DNA of 64,000 bases from Candidatus Culexmicrobium cathedralense (lineage in GTDB: Archaea > Thermoproteota > Methanomethylicia > Culexarchaeales > Culexmicrobiaceae). Below the pieces are notes generated by a model. The model ran no database searches. It saw nothing but the letters and a program-made list of their open reading frames with translations, and had not been told where the DNA came from. The stretch lies in NCBI GenBank assembly GCA_025061115.1, contig JANZKC010000003.1, positions 199,170 through 263,169 on the forward strand, given 5' to 3'. This document shows positions 59,735 through 64,000 of this stretch, one piece after another (position 1 is the stretch's first letter; each line of letters opens with the position of its first letter). Made by a program: the position numbers and the translations under genes.

Positions 59735-59749
59735 TATTTAAACTTATTC
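59735..59749 (-). promoter_or_regulatory. BRE/TATA promoter for the ncRNA candidate
   Basis: GAATAAG-TTTAAATA on the minus strand with canonical spacing to 59714. Confidence 0.55.
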
Positions 59750-59819
59750 ATCTTCAAAATTGTAAACAAGATTAATTGCGGACAAATTACATAAGACCAT
59801 AGCTTGAGCGCGTGAAATC

Positions 59820-60473
59820 ATGAACAAAATGATAAATTCATTCAAGACATAGGTAAGGTCCTTAAAAAGCTCTGCAAAAATCTCAAGGCAGCACTTTCCA
59901 TTCACTTGAAAAGCTTAAGGGGAAGCTTATTAAAATGCATGGCAAAGGACTGGTAAAAATCAATCACTCGGCAATGGAATTGGTGGTGTCTGAAGTTGAC
60001 GTTGAGCATCAATTAACTAAAAACTAATTTGCGACGCCTATGGAGTTAAAGGAGACGGCAAAACAATTTTTGAAATAGAAATAGGATATACTCCTCCAGA
60101 GCATGCATTAAATCCAACAACCTACATTAAAGCTAGAATTGCAAGCAAGATTGCCAGATACAACAACTATGCAAATAAATTTGCATTAGCATTCCCCCAA
60201 TTCTTCACGCCGGAAGTACCCATGATAATCCTTAAGCCACCGAGATTCAGAAGTCAGGAAGAGCTGCTGAAAGTAAAGAAGCTATGCGACTACTACCATA
60301 AAGATCCACCAATTAATTTAACTGAAATTCGCAATGCGAGGCTACATGAAATACTCATAATAAATGTTGATCAAGCGACAGCATATGAAGTAGATCCTGA
60401 GTTATATATTGAAATGTGCAATAACTATAGAAGTACATTGATGAAGCATCGCAATTCAATTGTTAGAATTTAA
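59820..60473 (+). pseudogene. Frameshifted conserved archaeal PD-(D/E)XK-like protein
   Basis: Fragments LVKINHSAMELV / EVDVEH / CDAYGVKG...EIEIGY.PPEHAL...ARIASKIARY lead into track ORF 60222..60473. Confidence 0.65.
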
Positions 60474-61414
60474 GTTAACCTTGGGACAACTTCCTCAAAG
60501 AATAGCTTAGCACCTTCAACGCTAGGAAAGTCCAGGAACCTAAGTATGAAATACGTCACTCCAAGATCAACGTACTCTTTAATCTTCTTAACAACTTGCT
60601 CGGGGTCACCTATAATGTAGTTCTCCTCAAATCCCTTCCTTATAAATTGGCTTTTATAAGCCATTTCAAAGGCTTCACGATCACTCTTAGCTATTGCCAC
60701 AATATTAGCTAAAGTTTTAACTATCTCATCGAAATCTCTATTGACAGCTATGCAGTGCTCCTTTAAAACGCCAAGTTTATGCTTATATATTTTAGGCGAA
60801 ACATTCGGTATATTCCACCAATCAGCATACTTTGCTACAACTCTCAAAGTCAATTTTTCACCTCCACCTCCAATCATTATCGGCGGCACGGGATTAGGTC
60901 TAGGCTCACAAACTGCATCAATAACTTCATAGTACTTTCCATGAAAAGTCGCTTTACCATTAATCCACATCATTCTAATTATTTGAACTGCCTCTTCAAG
61001 CTGCTTAATTCTAACTGAAGCAGTCGGAAAACAATAGCCATAAGCAAGGTACTCATCCTTCTTCCAGCCAGCACCAATCCCCAAAATAAACCTACCATTA
61101 GACAAATTTTGCAGAGTTGCACCCATTTTTGCTAATAAAGCGGGATTCCTGTAACTATTACATAAAACAACGTTACCCCACTTAAGCTTACGATACAATG
61201 CTGAAAAGTAGGCTACAGCCGTAAAACCCTCCAAATTTGGAACTTCTTTACTAACGAACTCAGCCCACGGAATAAAGTGATCGCAAATCCAAGCAGAATC
61301 GAAGTATCTTTCAAGCTCACCAATAAAGAAATGAATTTGACTTATGAATTCGCCAGTATCGCTTCCGTCAACAGGGAAGCTGGGAATTCTAAGTCCAAAC
61401 TTAACATCAACCAC
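60470..61414 (-). CDS. LLM-class (probably F420-dependent) oxidoreductase
   Basis: W.CDHF, YRNPALLAKM, GRFILGIGAGW and IMIGGGGEK motifs. Confidence 0.92.
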   Translation of the reverse strand: MVDVKFGLRIPSFPVDGSDTGEFISQIHFFIGELERYFDSAWICDHFIPWAEFVSKEVPNLEGFTAVAYFSALYRKLKWGNVVLCNSYRNPALLAKMGATLQNLSNGRFILGIGAGWKKDEYLAYGYCFPTASVRIKQLEEAVQIIRMMWINGKATFHGKYYEVIDAVCEPRPNPVPPIMIGGGGEKLTLRVVAKYADWWNIPNVSPKIYKHKLGVLKEHCIAVNRDFDEIVKTLANIVAIAKSDREAFEMAYKSQFIRKGFEENYIIGDPEQVVKKIKEYVDLGVTYFILRFLDFPSVEGAKLFFEEVVPRLT

Positions 61415-61554
61415 CTAAATCACCTATAAATACTAATCCATGTACAAGCTAATTACTCTTGCTTGCAGTTCTTACAGATAGCAGAACAATTCGCAAAGTA
61501 TTGTAAAAGCTTTAAAAACATCCAATATTACTTTAAAGTGCAAGGTGAACTGAA

Positions 61555-62337
61555 ATGTGCGGAATTTTCGGTTATCTCAGCAGCCAGCCATTAAGCATAA
61601 ACTTAGCTTTAAAAGTTCTAGAAGCTCTTGAAATAGATAAGCTACCCATAGATAAAAGTCCAGTTGGAGGTCATGGAGCCGGCATATCATTCATCTTCGA
61701 CAATAAAGTTTACCTCTACAAAGTAGGTGGTAATAATTCGCCAGCTAAAAACCTTGAAAAAATAATTTTGAATAGATGCCCAATTAGAGAATCAAACATA
61801 ATAATTGGTCATGTGAGGAGAGCTTCACCACAATTTAGCCACACCGTGAAGTATATGGAATGCACTCAACCTTACATAGCAAATTGCACTGAAAAGTTTA
61901 AAGTAATTTCAGTTCACAATGGTTTCCTTAGAAATTATAAAGAAATCAAAGAAAAATTCAAACTGAAGCATATTTATGAGTCAGAGAAAATAAGTTTCAT
62001 AGATTCTGAAGTGTTTCCGCATTTAATGGAAGAATTAATCTGCCATGGAGTTAAAGAGTCAGATCTAGCTGTGGAGATCTTTAGAAAAATAGAAGGAAAC
62101 AATGTAGCATCATTACTACTAATCAGAAATAACAAGCTTAGATTATTCATTATTCATAAAGGAGCTACAAGAGGACTTTACATCTGGAAGAACGAACAAG
62201 GAGACATCATATTCTCATCTAGAAGGCACATCATAAGGGACATTTTAAGTGAAGTACTTCAAAAAGGAAAATATGAACTAATATTCCATGTTGAACCTAA
62301 AAAGCAAGGTGAAATAGCACTGCTATTCGAAATCTAA
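61555..62337 (+). CDS. Class II glutamine amidotransferase-domain protein
   Basis: N-terminal MCGIFG, GHVRRAS, HNG and DSE motifs. Confidence 0.88.
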   Translation: MCGIFGYLSSQPLSINLALKVLEALEIDKLPIDKSPVGGHGAGISFIFDNKVYLYKVGGNNSPAKNLEKIILNRCPIRESNIIIGHVRRASPQFSHTVKYMECTQPYIANCTEKFKVISVHNGFLRNYKEIKEKFKLKHIYESEKISFIDSEVFPHLMEELICHGVKESDLAVEIFRKIEGNNVASLLLIRNNKLRLFIIHKGATRGLYIWKNEQGDIIFSSRRHIIRDILSEVLQKGKYELIFHVEPKKQGEIALLFEI

Positions 62338-62450
62338 GATCATATTATCCAAATGAATATTCTAAATATCAAGTAAAAATAAATTATTTTATATTTTGGT
62401 GATTATAAATATAGGGATGTTTAATAATTTCTTGTAACTTTTGATTCATG

Positions 62451-63395
62451 TCAACCTTCTTCGATGAAAATGTCTTTCGGGAGATGTGCAGTTACAATCC
62501 AGTTTGGCTTATCAACTATTTCACTTATCTTGAGGTCGGCCATTATACTAGTAAGAATGTATGCATCCTCTCTGCTTAGCTTATGTTTCGAGACTATTAG
62601 GTCTATCATATCTAAAACTGCATCTCTAGCCGCAGTCATTAGGTCACTACCTACACCTACAGTCAAATAGTATGTGTCGAAGGTTCTAATTGGATCTTTG
62701 TGAATTATGGCTTGAGGTCTCTTCAAATTTGCATTCTTAATTAAATCGAATTCCAGTACTACATAAAGCGGCGCTTCAATTGCAGTCACGCAAACTTCAC
62801 CGTCGCCTTGAGCCGCGTGACCATCACCTACTGAGAATAAAGCTCCTTTAACAAATACTGGCAAATACAGTGTTGAGCCGCGAGTTAGGTGTTTACAGTC
62901 CATGTTACCTCCAAATGATCCTGGCGGCATAACTGGAAATTCGCCTTTCTCAGCTCTTGCAACACCCATTACTCCGCAAAATGGGTTTAATGGAATGATG
63001 ACTTTATCATCAAGCATTGTAAATTCTCCAGAGGATAAATCCCATATACGCAAGTAATAGTCAAAGTATTCTACATCATTTAGCAGTCCATATCCTGGTA
63101 TTATTGCACTCCAACCCCAACCTTTGGTTTTTATGTCAACCACCTTAACTATAAGTGCATCGCCGGGCTCAGCACCGTTAACGTAAACTGGACCAGCTAG
63201 AGGATAAAGTCTGCTCCAATCGAGATTCTTTAAATCTTCAACAGTTGAATTTGGATTTATTTGATAATCACTTACATCTCTTAGTTCGTAAACAACTCTA
63301 TCTCCTGGATCAATTACAAGAGCAGGCTCAAGAGAATTGTCCCATTTGTAATGCACCTTATCTGGACTCATAAAATTTACCTTCAAAGTTTTCAC
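62451..63395 (-). CDS. Acetamidase/formamidase-family protein
   Basis: GP.YV.GAEPGD, GGNMD and GDGHAAQGDGEV motifs. Confidence 0.93.
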   Translation of the reverse strand: MKTLKVNFMSPDKVHYKWDNSLEPALVIDPGDRVVYELRDVSDYQINPNSTVEDLKNLDWSRLYPLAGPVYVNGAEPGDALIVKVVDIKTKGWGWSAIIPGYGLLNDVEYFDYYLRIWDLSSGEFTMLDDKVIIPLNPFCGVMGVARAEKGEFPVMPPGSFGGNMDCKHLTRGSTLYLPVFVKGALFSVGDGHAAQGDGEVCVTAIEAPLYVVLEFDLIKNANLKRPQAIIHKDPIRTFDTYYLTVGVGSDLMTAARDAVLDMIDLIVSKHKLSREDAYILTSIMADLKISEIVDKPNWIVTAHLPKDIFIEEG

Positions 63396-63594
63396 CTTAA
63401 CAAAGATTAGATACCAAATTATTTAAAAATTATGTATTATAATGGACAACATTATTATGTAGATTGAAATTTAGACAAAATTTAAAGAAATTATATTTTC
63501 AAAATATGCATTAAATATTAAGGATAGTATGTTTAGAAAAAATAGCAGACTTATTAAAAATATTTGTAGGAAGTGAAACGGAGGATAAGGAAAT

Positions 63595-64000
63595 GTGATT
63601 CTTGAAGCTATGAGAAGAGCTGGCAAGCCGCCCATAAAGCAGCTACCAAGAGCCAGAGCAAAAATTGGGATAGTGTTTCAAGATCTCGACGGCCAGCAAT
63701 TTAATTCCACAGTCTATAATGAAATAGCATTCGCACTCCGCCAACTTAGATTAAATGAAGAGGCAGTGGATCTTCATATGAGAAATATTGCAAGTAAATT
63801 TGGCATCATGGAAATTCTAAATAGACCTCCATACAAGCTTAGCGAAGGAGAGAAGAAGATTGTTGCTTTAGCCTCCGTATTAGTTTATAAACCCGAAATA
63901 TTAATGCTTGATGAGCCCACAGCAAATATCAGCTATAAGTACGTGGAAAAAATTAAGCAAATTATTAATGAAATGAAAAGCACGGGTAAAGCCATTTTAA
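63595..64000 (+). pseudogene. ECF (CbiO-like) ABC ATPase fragment, runs off window end
   Basis: IGIVFQD, LSEGEKK (degenerate signature), LMLDEPT; no Walker A upstream in frame. Confidence 0.6.

Noticed and set aside
1-64000. CRISPR array, tRNA or rRNA genes
   Set aside because: No regularly spaced repeats, cloverleaf or rRNA-like sequence seen by eye; the two GC-rich structured segments do not fit these classes.

Overview
AT-rich archaeal DNA. The gene content (SMC-like/ScpA/ScpB trio, VapBC pairs, V4R protein, F420-type LLM oxidoreductase, many amidohydrolases) suggests a TACK/Thermoproteota lineage such as Bathyarchaeia or Culexarchaeia; this placement is inference. Layout: (i) 1-14.2 kb core-like genes plus a secreted-protein/ABC operon and a short SMC-kleisin-kite operon. 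(ii) An 11.1 kb integrated element (14383-25502) with a tyrosine integrase, serine recombinase, helicase-type Rep, FtsK/HerA-like ATPase and a structured RNA. It has inserted into a macrodomain gene and split it at the PGLGTG motif, leaving a 10-bp direct repeat and symmetric inverted arms. (iii) A decayed mosaic accessory island (about 29.6-49.2 kb) with surface proteins, TA modules, a second truncated tyrosine recombinase and many fused gene fragments. (iv) An amide/peptide catabolism cluster (51-63.4 kb) containing an unannotated rod-shaped ncRNA candidate of about 146 nt with a putative promoter. I found no tRNA, rRNA or CRISPR array. All product calls come from motif recognition by eye; no database searches were run.
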